In this document: piece after piece, positions 24,420-38,600 of the stretch
Layout of the letters: the number at the start of each line of letters is the position of its first letter
Position numbering within the stretch: the first letter of the stretch is position 1
Assembly: GCA_003344405.1 (NCBI GenBank)
Contig: NOWV01000019.1
Location: 372,001-436,000, forward strand
Source: Trichoplax sp. H2
Lineage: Eukaryota
DNA: 64,000 nt
Direction of reading: 5' to 3'
Made by a program: the position numbers and the translations under genes
The notes under the pieces: model-generated
Databases searched by the model: none
Told to the model about the DNA's origin: nothing
Seen by the model: only the letters and a program-made list of their open reading frames with translations

Positions 24420-27400
24420 ATGGCGTCGTTGGCCACGAGGCCACACGGCGAATATATTCAACCATCGTTAGCGTCAACGTCGCAGGTAAGCCAGTCAACA
24501 ATAGTTTCATGTTCAATCTTATTTGATGGACAATTTCAATCCATCCTTCATTCCTTACCATGGGCATACCTTAGGTTAAGAGAAATCCCATCATGACTCC
24601 TCTGTCGTTCAATGAGACTCGGCTCCAAGTGATGCCAGTATTGAATTTTCAACGTCTGCATACAACTTTTTTTGGGGGGTGAAAAAAAAAAAGTTACTTA
24701 TTGATTGTCACTCATTATCATTTGTATTGTACTGTTTGTCGTAAGTGTAAATTTGGACTTTCGAGTGGAACGTGGCGGGACAACTTTGAAGAGTTTGCTG
24801 TAGAAGGTAGAATGCAAGTGAATGCAGGCATAAGAATTGCACTTTGGTAAATGAGTGGACTTGCTTGAAAATGTCACTTGAAATCCATTGGGCATCGTCG
24901 TCTTGTACTTCTCCTTGTACTGGCCATGCCAGAGAGAGAGAGAGTATTTGACAACTTTTTCCGAGGTGCGATAGCGAGACAAGGGCGGTATACAACAATC
25001 CTTGTTGGTGCTATTCTATTACAACAGTCGTTTGTATAGCGCGTGGATGCGTCCTCTTCCAGTCGTATAGATCGAGCGCCCGCCCCAACATCAACAGCTG
25101 ATTACTAACCATAGTCAGTTGGATCCCCTACTTACTTGTACAATAAAATCGTCAACAAATAAAAAAATACCATGTCTTAAATCATTACAGAATGACATAG
25201 TTGAGAATAAACCGCTAAATGGAGCGTGAGATATTGTGTAAAAAACACGCTCAAAATGGACGAGTTTCCGGACAACGCCGGTCAGTCCCGCGTCAAGAAC
25301 CCATCCCCGGTGTAGGCTTACTATACTGTATCAGTGAGTGGATGGCGTAAATCGGTGCCGACATGCTGCTCGCCGATTGATTTTTTTTCCTTATATAAGC
25401 TCCAGAGAGTGTCCAACATTCCTTCGCGGATTGGATAACTAGAGGCTGTCATGAAAAACCGTATTGCAGTAATAATAATGCTGGAGTGCTAAACATGAAA
25501 CATCCAGGATGGATTGAAGGGAGTAGAATCTAAACTGTGTACAGTTGGAAAGAAGGAGTGGCACGACGCAACGCGTTAACCATTCTCGTCTTCTACGATC
25601 AATTTACCGCTCCAAATTACAGTATAATGTCATAAAAAGACTGCCATAAGTAGAGAGTACATTCAAGAAACGAGCTCAACTCAAGGGCATGTTTTTTTCA
25701 CCTGCACTATTTTTACAACTTTGCTTGTTTTCCTTTTGAGGAAGGAGACAACGTCGTTGGATGGAAAGTGTGCAACAGAAATAGATACGTTGTGTGTGCA
25801 CTGTACAGTACACTATAGCCTGTATCATAATGATGAACATGCAAAATAGGCAACGTTGACTGTTGTATTGGCAAGGAGTTCCTCCCATCCCTCCTCCTCC
25901 TTCTCGTTCCTGCTCCTCCCTCTCCCTTCTTCTCTTTCACTCGGTTTTATCTTCTTTTCAATGCATTGATTGCCTAAAAGAGTCGGTCTTCTCAACATTT
26001 ACCACCAAAGTGCTACACCAAACTTTTTTTTGTTTCGTAACTGTTGCACTGCTTCAGAATATCATTGTATTATCGACATTTTCCCCTCCTCTTAATTGAT
26101 GTCTGCTGTTCATGTACAATTGTGCATGTGGCTGTTACCGATGAGTCACTTCCATCTTGGAGATGGTTGCATTTAGCAACTTACAGCCATTTACAAGTTT
26201 TTCTTTGCGTTCATAATATTGTAAGTCGTGTCATGCCAGCAGTGAGATGACAACGATTAGGCAAGTTTCAATGGTGTAAGTTTATATAGAAATCGTAAGA
26301 GTTGTCTATCCATGGATCGGTCCGGATATCTCTCACATTTCATGCATGTTCTCCCAAATTGTCTCCAGCTGACATGTAAAGGGGTTTCAAATTTTTTTAT
26401 CGTGTGTATTAAGAATTTGAGATGCCCTTGATGACAGACGTTATTTGTTTAGTATGTACCAATTTACCCATAGTTTGTCTTGACATGATACCTACGTACC
26501 TCTGACAGGGAAGTTGGAAAAATATCCACTTCTACAGGGTGGATAGGACACAGGTTGTACGAATGTTTAAAGTGGGTAGAGGAGTCGGGTAGACAGGCCT
26601 GATTGAAATGCTCAGTCGTCGCTTTTATACCGATTAAAGTACTTTGCGGTACGACATCATCTACATAGAATTATGGGATCAATTCCAATTGACTGCAATG
26701 GATCCGAACTAGGCTACGCTTCTAACTTGTGTAACATGGACTTTCCCTGATTGCCTACTAGGAAGGAGTCCTTACTTGTTTGAAATCGACACCGCCACGC
26801 TTCTTTCTACATTACAATTAGCTATCAACGATATCACGGTATCCTGCTACAAGTAATGTTATTCCTAGGCTGTTACACTACTCCAATTTCAATGTCGTAT
26901 TCGACAGTTCCCAATCAAGAATGTGCTTATTGATGAAGGCCTCTTAGCCGATCTTGCTGACCGACATTTCTGTCGCTGCATTTGTTGCCATAGAGAGACT
27001 CCCTCTAGGTTCACTGTCACGACGACCGGAAGTCCGTACTTCAGTTCGATCGTCACGTAAAAGCATTGGTCAAAGCGCGTTCCATACAGTACGTCTTGTC
27101 CATCTGTCTGTCGACACCACTCTCTGTTGTCATTCTCAAAGCTTAGTCAAGAGTGATAGAATTTCCATGAAAACAAGACGAGTGAGTGATATCGTATAGA
27201 GTGTTCTGGTACACTACAGTGTACAGTACATTGTACCATGGTACTGAAAAGCTTGAGTTTGCATTCTACATCTCTGAGACCGAATGTATGGTCTTGTATG
27301 AAGATATTGATACTGTATCAGTAGCATGGTCTATGTACAATTGGACATGCAGAGTGGATACTGTAACTTTATCGTACTCTAATAAATGCGCGTTCACTGT

Positions 27401-30400
27401 ACTAGCGATAGTAGACTGTATGATACCAGGGTCAAAAGTGGTAGAGAAGACACAAGAAACGATCGATTGAAAATTTCAAGCTGACGCATTGTCCTAATTA
27501 CCATGGATGCGGTGAATGTTCCATGCTCATTTTTGCTCATTTAGGACAAGGTGATGACATTGAAAGGATTTGCAACCTCTATCACACTTTTCGACCATTG
27601 ATCCATGTTTAACGATCGAGTACTATTGCTGAAGACTACAGTGGGGCGTAAAGTGACGAGTGATTCAGTTTGACCGACTGCACTGGAATGCATGTACCCA
27701 TTTTCCACTGGATAGTGAAGATTGAAAAGGTTGAGAATTAATTGATAATAATAATATTGCAAGTCAAGAAAAGGCCAAAGACGCTGCCCTTTTTTTATAC
27801 TTGTCTTGACTGGACCGACTTGTCCTTCCTGCAATTGACTACCTTGGCAAGTAATGAATAAATCAAACTTATCTCGGGTACGATAAGAGTCTTTTGAACA
27901 CAAATGCAAACTAATTTGACAATGATTTGACCGCGATCGTAGCCAAGGATCATCATCATCATCTTGTACCGACCACATCATTTAGGCATCCATCCCTCTT
28001 TGTACTTTTAAAGTCAACCTACTGTATTACAAAAAATAAACCATCCTATTTTGATGTCAATACTTATCCTTTCGTTCCATTTTAACATCAATAGTCTGAA
28101 CATTTCATGGATATAGCGTGAATGATCGTATCCTTGCCTAGCAGCAAGGTTGATTTTTTGCAGCTTTAGCCAACTCGATAGCATGACTGTCTACGCCATA
28201 AAATGCCCAAAACAGTAATATCGCCTTTTGTGTACATTATTATCAATTAGTCGCATTTTGAATCGTTCATTTCTATTATGGATAGATAGTTTTATGAAAA
28301 CACCAATACAACTTTCAATCAATCAATTTGAGTTATGTGACTTCACTACATGATTGGACAGCTTATGACTCTTTCTCACTTTCATTTCGATAGCATTCGT
28401 GACATGATTTAATGAAGGTGCCAGTAGTTGACGCTCTAGAAATTGTAGTCTTACTCTTTTCTCTATTTTTAGTTTGCTGTTAAGCACTAGTACCTTAAAG
28501 TGTAACATTTTGCCTATACTATTGAACGAGTATATAGCAGCTACATAATCAATGGGCTATCATCAATCAGCCTTCTCATACGACATTTCAAGAATTAATC
28601 AGTGTAGTCATTTGTATGGAAAGAAGCGCATGATATAATAGAACTTGAGTAATTCATACAGAATCGATTTTTGCACATTGATTATCCAATCAAAGAAGAT
28701 TTGTATTTTGGGCGACAATTAACTTCGACCGTCTGAATAGTAGTTGAACTATAAGTTAATTTCTGAAATGTTGATATGGTGCAGTAATTGGTGTAAGATA
28801 ATTAATATCGAATATCACTGTTCATTGATATTGATTTGTTTTATCTTTACCCTTACAACAATAAAGGACGTACAACCTTCACCTTTGCAATTATTAGCAG
28901 CGACATGTAGTAAAATTGGTCAAGGACCAGAACAGCAACAACAACCGCAGCCGCAACAGCAGCAACAACAACAAGTTGCTGCTGTAGTAGTTCAACAGCA
29001 ACATCACCATTTACACCATCATCAACAAGCGCAACCGCCACCTCCGCAACATCATCACCATCAACGGCAACAGCATCAACAGCAGGTTACCGAAGTGCCA
29101 CCAGCCAATATGAATCAGAGAATAGCAAATAATGCACAAACTATTTCTAACGAATATACTAATAGCGCCGGTAATTGGAGCCATGAGACTACCTCCAATG
29201 CTCATACCAATAATTCTAATAATACAAATAATGGAAATAATGGCAACTCACCAAGAGATAGCAGAAGTAGTGTCGTAGTATCTTATCCTAACACACATTT
29301 TAATGTAGCCAATGTTAATCCTAATCTACAACAAGCTGTTGCACCGTCTTTTTACAGCAATTATGATCCTAATGAGATGTATTATGCATCGGGCAATAGT
29401 AACGCATTAATTAGAGTTCCAAATCCACCTAGTGGACACGTCCAACAACATAGGAATAATGTTAGCGGTGTCAGTAGTGGAGGTGTTAGTGAATCGCAAT
29501 CATCGCCGCATTATGTCGGTGGTATACAAACTAGTGTAAATGCAACTACGGTTGTAGCTGCATCTCATAATTATATCACAAATAAGGATGTTAGCGTTGT
29601 TACTGTTGGTAATAGTGGTGGTAGTTACAATTGGCCTCAGAAAAGCAATAACGTTAACGACCAACAACAGCAACAACAACAACAACAACAGCAACAACAA
29701 CAACCACAACAGCAACAAGTGGCAACTGCACCATGGTTAGCACTTCGTTCAACTGCTTGGACCCCCAACAACGCAGCTCAGAATAATTCCTATGCAGTAG
29801 GTTATCACTCGACAGCCAATTTAGGCAATTTAGCACCATTGTCTCCAGTACCGCCTCATATGTCTGGTGCACCACCTAATCTACCACCCCATGGTAATTT
29901 TATTAATCAGTATTATACACCAGATGCCAATGCAGCACCGAACGCTAATCAAGTACTAAATTATCCGCCAACTGTAACACCAGATGTCTCGCAAGGTCAT
30001 CAGGTCACTAATCCTCCGCAAGCGCCCGGAAGCAATAAAAAAGTAAGACGTGTTGCATGTTGCTGCCCAAATTGTCGTAATCCAGATTATAAACCACCTC
30101 AGGGTGGCAAGAAAATGCACGTATGCCATTATCAAGGTTGTAGTAAAGTCTACGGTAAAACATCTCATTTACGCGCACATCTTCGCTGGCACACTGGAGA
30201 ACGACCTTTTGTTTGTAATTGGTTATTTTGTGGTAAAAGATTTACTCGCTCAGATGAATTGCAACGACATCGGAGAACTCATACAGGAGAGAAAAAATTT
30301 GCATGTCAAGATTGTGGCAAACGTTTCATGAGAAGTGATCATTTATCGAAACATGTGAAAACACACAATAATACCAATTCTAAAAAGGGTTCTCAACACC

Positions 30401-30510
30401 AAGGTAAACAAACAGCTGGCTTGCAACCGAAACATGAATTACCAGATCAAGCCGCCACTTTAAGGCGTCAAAATATATCTTCAGGCGACCAAAGGTCATC
30501 AGAATATTGA
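24420..30510 (+). CDS. Sp-family C2H2 zinc-finger transcription factor, Sp1-4 class; exons 24420-24485 and 28867-30510 (~569 aa)
   Basis: Exon 1 [27 protein letters not shown] splices in phase 0 to [20 protein letters not shown] (Sp box). Q-rich activation tracts, Btd box [10 protein letters not shown], and three fingers with [30 protein letters not shown] and RSDHLSKH, which match Sp1-4 signatures. Confidence 0.95.
29662..29717 (+). repeat. CAA/CAG trinucleotide repeat encoding polyglutamine (a second Q/H-rich tract lies at ~28930-29085)
   Basis: caacaacagcaacaacaacaacaacaacagcaacaacaacaa within the Sp exon. Confidence 0.9.
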
Positions 30511-33500
30511 AACCTGGAGTCATTTTGATACGTAAACAATTTTTCACTGACTATATTTTTTAGCTTAAACATAGCACTTTATTTCCTTGATGTAATTTTT
30601 TTGTTGTTATCTCGAATGCTTGTACGCACCTTTAGTGAAGAAAAATCACAACGATTGTTGTGATAAAGTGGAATTATTACAGTAATTGATTGTTACAGTA
30701 ATTGATTGTTCATAATTACGAATAATTACAGCTACTGATCCAAACAATGTCACTGTTTTCTAACGGTAATACCGTAAGTTACTGTGAAGTAGTCATATTG
30801 AAAAAAAATCAAATTGGGATAGACAATACTTAGCTGCTACTTGAAAAGGAATCTTAAACGCGTCAATTTTGAGATATAGCGTATTAAATTTTTATTCTTG
30901 TTTTATTTAATATAACCTTTTTACATATATCTTTTCTCAAATTTTAATGCTAAAGCTTGACTTGATTTAAATTAGATAATGGATACTTGTGAACGTAATA
31001 TACGTATGTCTACTGCTGTCAATGCAAGGGAAATTAATATCATTTCATAAACAATGTTTTTCCGTATCAAATTGAAACATTGCTAATGTTGCACGAATTT
31101 TTCTAAATGTAATAGCAACTGTACATCATGTGCATGATATTTGGTATAAATCTATTTTACGTACGTTTACGTTGATATTCTATTGCGTTTCACCTTCAAT
31201 ATTCATCATGTTTAATTTATTGATAAATATAGACGTGTACACACTAATTCACATTAGTAATTTCGTGTTAACATGTAGCCGTGTGGATGTGTTCGATTGT
31301 GTGTTAATGTACATATGTGACCGCAGTTATGGAACCTCACTGCAACGTATTATCGTCACTTATGGTAGTATTGGCACTTTCGATCAGTTCAATTTAATGG
31401 CAATCTTAGTTCAGTAGCTTGTGCAATGAGACCGAAGGACCTTGCAAAATCTTTTTTGTAACCGTTGTTATACACTATGTATCTACATTTTAACTGTATG
31501 GTTCTTAACGTTACAATGGATAGCGTTTTATTTGTACTTCTGAATTTATTTTAACTCAATTCTTCTACTTAAGAGTATAAAGTTAATCAGCACTTCCCAA
31601 ATTGATATCGCTGTTGTTTTGGATTATAGTTAATAGTCCAGTGTTGCTTTTAGTTTTAATATGTCAACTTTCTGTTTTGTTTTGATGGATGAATTATGGA
31701 TATCGGATGTAAGCGTCTATCAATGCTTAATGGCGTTGCTGTTGATTCTGCAAAGGTGGATGTTAAGTTCAGCTTTTACTATTTAAAAACGATATTGGAG
31801 CTTTTGGCGAAAAATTTCAGTGAGTTGAATCGATGTTTTATCGGAACTATAAATTCATTACTACAAATGTTTTATGATACGTTCTTTCAACGCTCTTTTT
31901 TACTTAATACATATATATGCGATATATATGGAACGTGCATATATCCCGTAACACATATACCTAAAACTATATATAAAATAATGTCTAAAATAATCAAAAT
32001 GTTATTCTCGAATGTTGGCTTGTTGTTATTTGTTTAAAAACTTAGGATTGTAACATGATGACAAATCTATAGTTACAGTAAATGAGAACCTTACATTGGT
32101 GGTTATAGCCTGTATCGTTCAATTAACATTGGGAATTGCACTTTGAATTACTGATGACAACTTACTTTGACAACTGATGTTGTCGAAGATTCAAGTATAT
32201 GTTTGCTTAATCAGGTTGTTGACTGGGTCTTGGAGGAATACGTGCAATTAAAAAGCGTCCTCAGTAATGATATTTCGTTTTTTATGTTGGTAAAGAAACT
32301 ACGGAGAGATTAATTGTAGATCATTTACAATAAATGCTTAAAGTATCAGAAAAAATTTAATAAAATAATAACTTAAAGTGAAAATATTGTCGCAGTATTT
32401 ATGGCTCAAGATGAGTACCGTAGAAGTTAACAGCGTGCGGTCTCGTATGATTGTTGCGTGCAGTGGTATCTTTAGTACTACACTAGGGACTGATCTATAA
32501 ATGGGCAATAGGACAAGATCATCGCATTGCAGCATCATCAATAAAATTAACTGACATCCTGTAATATCATTAATATAGAAAAGTAGATGGTTATTATGGT
32601 AACTAAGAAAGGTGATAAATACATATGCTACTATATCGCTGCGTTGTTGTTTCATTAGTATAATATAATTATTATTTTTATCCGTGATGTGCAGGTATCA
32701 AGAGCAGAATTATATACTGACATTGTGTCGTAGAATGTGGCTGGTATACGGTCTAATAACAGTGGTAGCAATTACTGTCCATAACTGACTAAGTACTTAG
32801 TCGAATATCGCATACAAGTACACGTATTAACAACTTCTGAGTATAAAGCTAGTCATAAGGATAGGAAAAATTTAACTGATGATTACCAAATTATGCATGT
32901 ACGCATTCGCATTTAGGGCAAAAATTATTAGTAATCGGAAAAGGAAGACATACGTAATCAAATTTTATTTATTTTCTATAACGTACTCGGGTATAAAATC
33001 AATTGTATAATCCTGTAATATATCCCCAGAACTTTCATCAGTTATGTATATTTTCGAATATACAAGAAGATACAGTTTTTGCTTACATTATTTACAATAT
33101 CTATAGGTAATATGGGTTTAGATACACCATTGAAAGAGCTTGTCTATACCATTTAGATACAGAATATGAATGAGATTCTGATAAAGACGTTTCCACATCA
33201 TAGTAACTGTACAGCATAATAGGATGGAGTTTAAAGCATTAATTAAAGGTTAATTTTGCAACTAGCTATCATTCTAAAATACCAGTTTCACAAATTTAAA
33301 AATGCCAATCTAACAGAACTATTCACATATGTTTCATTACACGTTTCGATTTCAATTCTAATAAATATTTCCATTGCTAAAAATTTTATCGTAGTTTTTC
33401 TTGCATTTAATGTTAACGTTTTTCAACGTACTGGCAATTGGTAGATTAGGATATTTTGATAACTTCTTGTGTTTTGCTAATATATAGACACTGATACCAT

Positions 33501-35648
33501 CTCTAACAGATTGATAGTTATAACAAAGGGATTAAGAATTAGTTAAAAATTGAGATAACTCACGTTACGAGCTCATTAAGTTTTCTACAAATCAAATCGT
33601 TATAGTCTTTAATATTTTAATTTGTGGCCTTAAAATCGCGATTAATATTTTAAGCCAACATATTCGTGCGCTATCTTAAGACTAGACCTGAGAAAGGTTG
33701 GATCAGACCTATAGTCATGACTTTGAGATCAATAGACTACTTCAATAGCTAATTAACTTATAATTATCAGCTCATTATGATTTTATATGTTAAGACTTTC
33801 AATTGCCGATTTTCTTAAGTAATGATCGCAGTAGCCCTAATTGGCAATTAAAATTTCTAATTAAAAGTAAATCGTTCTATGTGGCCTTCTGCTATTATCA
33901 ACTAATGAATCCAATCTCTAATAGAATCTTGGTGAAAGGAAAAGCATCTTCGTTTACAATTCATTCTAAAAGTTACTAACTTGAACTTACTAATCAATGC
34001 GACCTACCTAGTACAAATTAAATCCATAATTGAGGGGCTAGTAAATAATGCTAACTTGCAATTCGGCCATGTGTATTTCACCAGCTTATTCCATTGCCTT
34101 TAATAAAAAAATAATCCAATAAGCGAAATAAACAGTTATTTTAATAATCATTGTTAGTTTGCATTTGTACTTTAATTATATTGTGACATGAGTATATCTG
34201 CCGAATCATTTATTGCTACTGATAGCTGCTATTTTCAATTGAGATTAAGGTTCAATTTTAATTCATGTCATATCGTAAACTGTTTTTGCTAACTAAATAT
34301 TATAATACCAGTGGAGAACTGTCAAGACAGAAGACGTATCAAATAGTCTATTCAAAAATAATAATTAACCTGTATTCCGTCAAGATTGAATCCCTTTTGA
34401 TAGTTTAATTTTCTACGAAAAGGATGAACAAATTTTAAAGGCCTTAGTAACAGTTCGTTCTACATCTTTTCATACAAGAAATCAATCGTCTAAGCAATGG
34501 AATCGAAAGCATCTTTTTAAAGGATTTTAATTCACAATCACCAGCTCATTAAGACATCATCAGTTCAGATTATTTATTGTTATCGATAATTGATGATGTC
34601 TAATGTGTCCAAATGATACTGATTTCTTTCCATTTCTTTTTCATTGCACATCATAATCTGCTTTAGAAAACTAATTGATACGGTATCAAATCGATTAATA
34701 GTCCCGGCAATAATGTCAGCAATCTATTGAAAAAGCTTATTAACCTGTAATTACCTTATTATTAAGACCTTATCAGTGGAGATTATTCATAGCCGTAGAT
34801 AAAACTAATTTGATCACTGATATTTGAATCCAGTCCGTTAGATAAGATCATTATTGATTCAATTATTGGCCGACTACTGGCTATCGAAATGTATTGGGGG
34901 CAAATTCGCTGGAAGAATTAATCAAGGCTCTTTGTTATGAATTGATATCGATCTCGATTTATATTATAGGAACTTACAGATTAAATTACCACCTAGGGGA
35001 AAATAATAATATGAACTAGAGATCATCATCATGATAGAGGTGGAGCGAAATTCAATTACATTATACTGGCTTGTGTCTCATTGGTTACAATATTGACAAA
35101 TTAACTGCTTGTTATTGGTAGATCAATATCAATATGTCAATTATAGATTTGCAATATAGATAGTTGATTCTAATAGATAAAATTGAATGGAATAAAGTAA
35201 TTTAGATCGTTGGCAAAAAGATGCATTAACAAAACATTCTTCTCCAGGACAATACAATAAGAGATAGCTTGAGCAGTCACTATCCTGATGTTAGTTTAAG
35301 AAGGTTCAAATTTGAAAAGGAAAAATCAACAAGGATAAAATAGCCGACAAAGCAAAGGGGATTTGATCTCCTCCCTTAATTTAAATAAAGGTGACGCCAT
35401 CGTTAGCTTTCCTGACTTACTTCAGTATAGCAAGGAAAGCAAACCAGACTGTCGCATTGCTGCAGTTCAATCAAGGTAGCAGAAAATTGGTGAAAACATA
35501 AATACCTTGCAACCGTTGGTTCATTTTTTATCATTATCTTTCTTCTTGATTACCCTCATCGGTATCCTCGATAATAAATCAAATTAAGTGATATATTGCT
35601 ATCAAAATTGAATTGGATCCTCTTTAAATAGATCACTAACTTGCAAAG

Positions 35649-38600
35649 ATGAAAAGGAGAGAATCGGAATATGTAAGTTTTATTTTACGCTGTTTCTTTT
35701 GCTGTGAAAGATGGAGTGATAATCCATATCTGCATTGGGTGAACAATGCTTTCGCCTGTATTTTTACTCAAGGGAATGAAATTTGCTGTATTCAATCTTT
35801 AAATATAATCACCTATCTTCTCCCTTTGGATGAGCTAGAAAACAGAAAGATAAAACACAGCTAGATAGATAGGATTTGATCTGTTCTTTAATTCTCTTCG
35901 TTCATCGGGATCTATTTTTATCCTCTAAACTCATACACAATTACTCTTTGCCTTACGATTTTTTTTATTCTACTGCGCTTTCTAATCGACAGTAATAAAT
36001 ATTACTATTCTGATTGAGGTATGAAGATGTATTCTACTCTATCCACAGTCTTAGAGAGCTAATGATAGGTTATTTTGTGATATCGGTATATTTAGTCAAC
36101 AGAAACTGGATTATAATCCCTTTGATATTCAATTTCGTGTATAGGAATGAGTCATCTATACTTGAGATATCTCTACAATTATCCTATTCAGATAATAATA
36201 AATCTTGTGGTCTCCGATTTTAATAGATGAGTGTAGTTTACATGCCATTGAAGGTTATTCAACTATCTTTAACTTGATCTATAGCTTCTTATTTCGGACT
36301 AGGTAGAGCAATATATCGAAGGAACTTGATAGAATAATGCTATTCAAGTAATTTACTTTCACTAATGGGGTAGAAACAGTAAATTTAATATTGTAGTAGC
36401 TCATTAGTCGGTACAATATATAATTTTCTATAACATTGAATTTCCTTTAGTCTACAGTACCTACATAATTAATTGCGTTTTAAATCGATTTACCAGTAAA
36501 TACCAAGTTAGTACCGGTAATAATCGTCCTTGAAATTAAATCATTCCTTAATTTCAGGTCTGATGGGGATTATAACATAGAGTTGGGACAATTCTAGTTA
36601 CTGTTTTATCTGTGCAATGTACAGTAGTATTATCTGATTTATGGACTAGTTGGCTATGGTATAACAGTATTTCATCTTGTTTCCTTTAGCTGTAATGATT
36701 AAAATTTTTAGATACTATGTCAATCTATTTAGATTAACATAGTATAAATTCAATTTATTTCAAACGGCTTGATTATTCCGTGACTGAAATATATCCAAGT
36801 AAAGATTCTTAAAGGCTTATTAGTGATAGAATTAAAATTTATCTTTCCTATACCAATTTTCTTACTCTAAAGAATGCAACATGCATATTATAAATTTAGC
36901 TTATGGAGCACATAGATTAATATTGGGCTTGTGCCGAGCAGAATAATATTATTTCTAAAGCATTGGTCACTTTCTGACCGACAAAGTTCTAAAATAGACT
37001 CTTATCGCTCATCAATGCTCAAATAGGTTGAGCCCTTCTTATCGGGTTAGTTTCAGATTTAATTTCAATTTCCTTCAAAATATCGGCACCTTCTATTGCT
37101 TGGTACTGCATGATTCTAGTGGATAATTATAATTGATTACTTCGATTTTCTGATCTTTCATATTGGCTATTATTTGTTATCCATTCTAGTGCTAATTATT
37201 CTACAAATTCTTAAAAAAATAAAATATTTGCGCAGTATCGTTCGACAAGCTCTAAATCTGATGATTTCAATTTTGACTTTATTGCTACATTTGATTAGAA
37301 CGTCCAAGAAGAACGCCGAACTCGCTCGAAATCGAAACGCACTATTATATGGATAGTCATTGCCCTTACCATTTTAGCGATAATTGCAACCGCAGTAGCG
37401 CTAGTAGTCGTATTGAGAGGTAAATTATTTCTACCTTGTATTTGCATGCGACATATAATTTTTTTGCTTGCAAAGTGATGTAAATACAAGTACTAGACGC
37501 AGAAATAGGCATTGTATCGCAAGCCATTATAGAAATAAGAATAGTATAGCGTAAGAAAATATTTCATGTTAGTAAAGGTGCGCTCAAAATACTATGAAAT
37601 ATTGCAATGCTGCGTACAAACGAAAAAATTATTGTAGTTTCTTTTGTAAAGATGAAAATAACGGCTAATAGCTTGAGGTACAGAACTGGACTACTTCGAT
37701 GAAATATCATATCATAAGCAAATAATTCGCATGGTTAAGGAAGTAGCTTAAATAATCTAAACTAAGGAAATAAATTTATACGTAAATGAAATTATTATAC
37801 AGGCTAGAAAATAGAGTCAAAAATTATCAAAGTGAACCGAATCTTAGACAGATGAAAGTCAATTGAGTAAAGATGATATATTATATACTGTATCTAAGAA
37901 TATAGTCGGTTAATATCCTGAAATTTTGATAACTTTATGGGGATAAAATTATAGGAATAGAAGCGAATATTAAGTATCCTACTAGCACAAGATGAGCAAG
38001 TATTTTATACAGATGAAAGATAATAATTCTAGGAAATCTTGTACATGTATAATATCTGTACGGGAATATATTTGAACAACTTGAAGCTTTAACTGTAAAT
38101 GAATATACCGTAGTCCATGAAAATCTTGTACAATTAAGAATAGAATCAAATATTGTATGCATTGAGAATATCTAATTAGTAGAACATTATCAATCAACAG
38201 ATCAACTGACAAACAATAATCAATCAACGCAACCTGGCTTTAGCTATGAAGATATGTTTAGTTCTTTATACCAATATCAAGGCTATGATGTCTTCTGGCA
38301 TGATGGTAAGTTATTTTACAGTTATCCAAGACTCTTTTATTTGTTCTGATAGTTTCTATCACTATTACTAATGCGTTGATGAATGTAAATGAAATTGTCC
38401 TATAGATGAAATTTATTCTTATAAAACTACTGGTGGTGATGTTCGTAGTCATAACTCCAAAACCACTAGTACACAAAATGTCATTACGCGAGCCTCATTG
38501 GTAAGATTATTTACATTTTAAATGCATACTAATGGTGCAATAAAGAGTGGATCGATTTTTTAATTTAATCTGTTTTATCTATCCAGAGCTTGTACTCAGC

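Noticed and set aside
15000-28700. Numerous 60-146 aa ORFs in the intergenic region and Sp intron
   Set aside because: No recognisable domains, many non-ATG starts, and composition consistent with random AT-rich DNA.
28744-28866. TTG start and first 41 aa of the 588-aa Sp ORF in the track
   Set aside because: This is intron sequence with a pyrimidine tract and AG at 28865-28866. A better ATG exon exists at 24420-24485.
28853-30331. Short antisense and alternative-frame ORFs over the Sp exon
   Set aside because: They are shadows of low-complexity CAA/CAG coding sequence.
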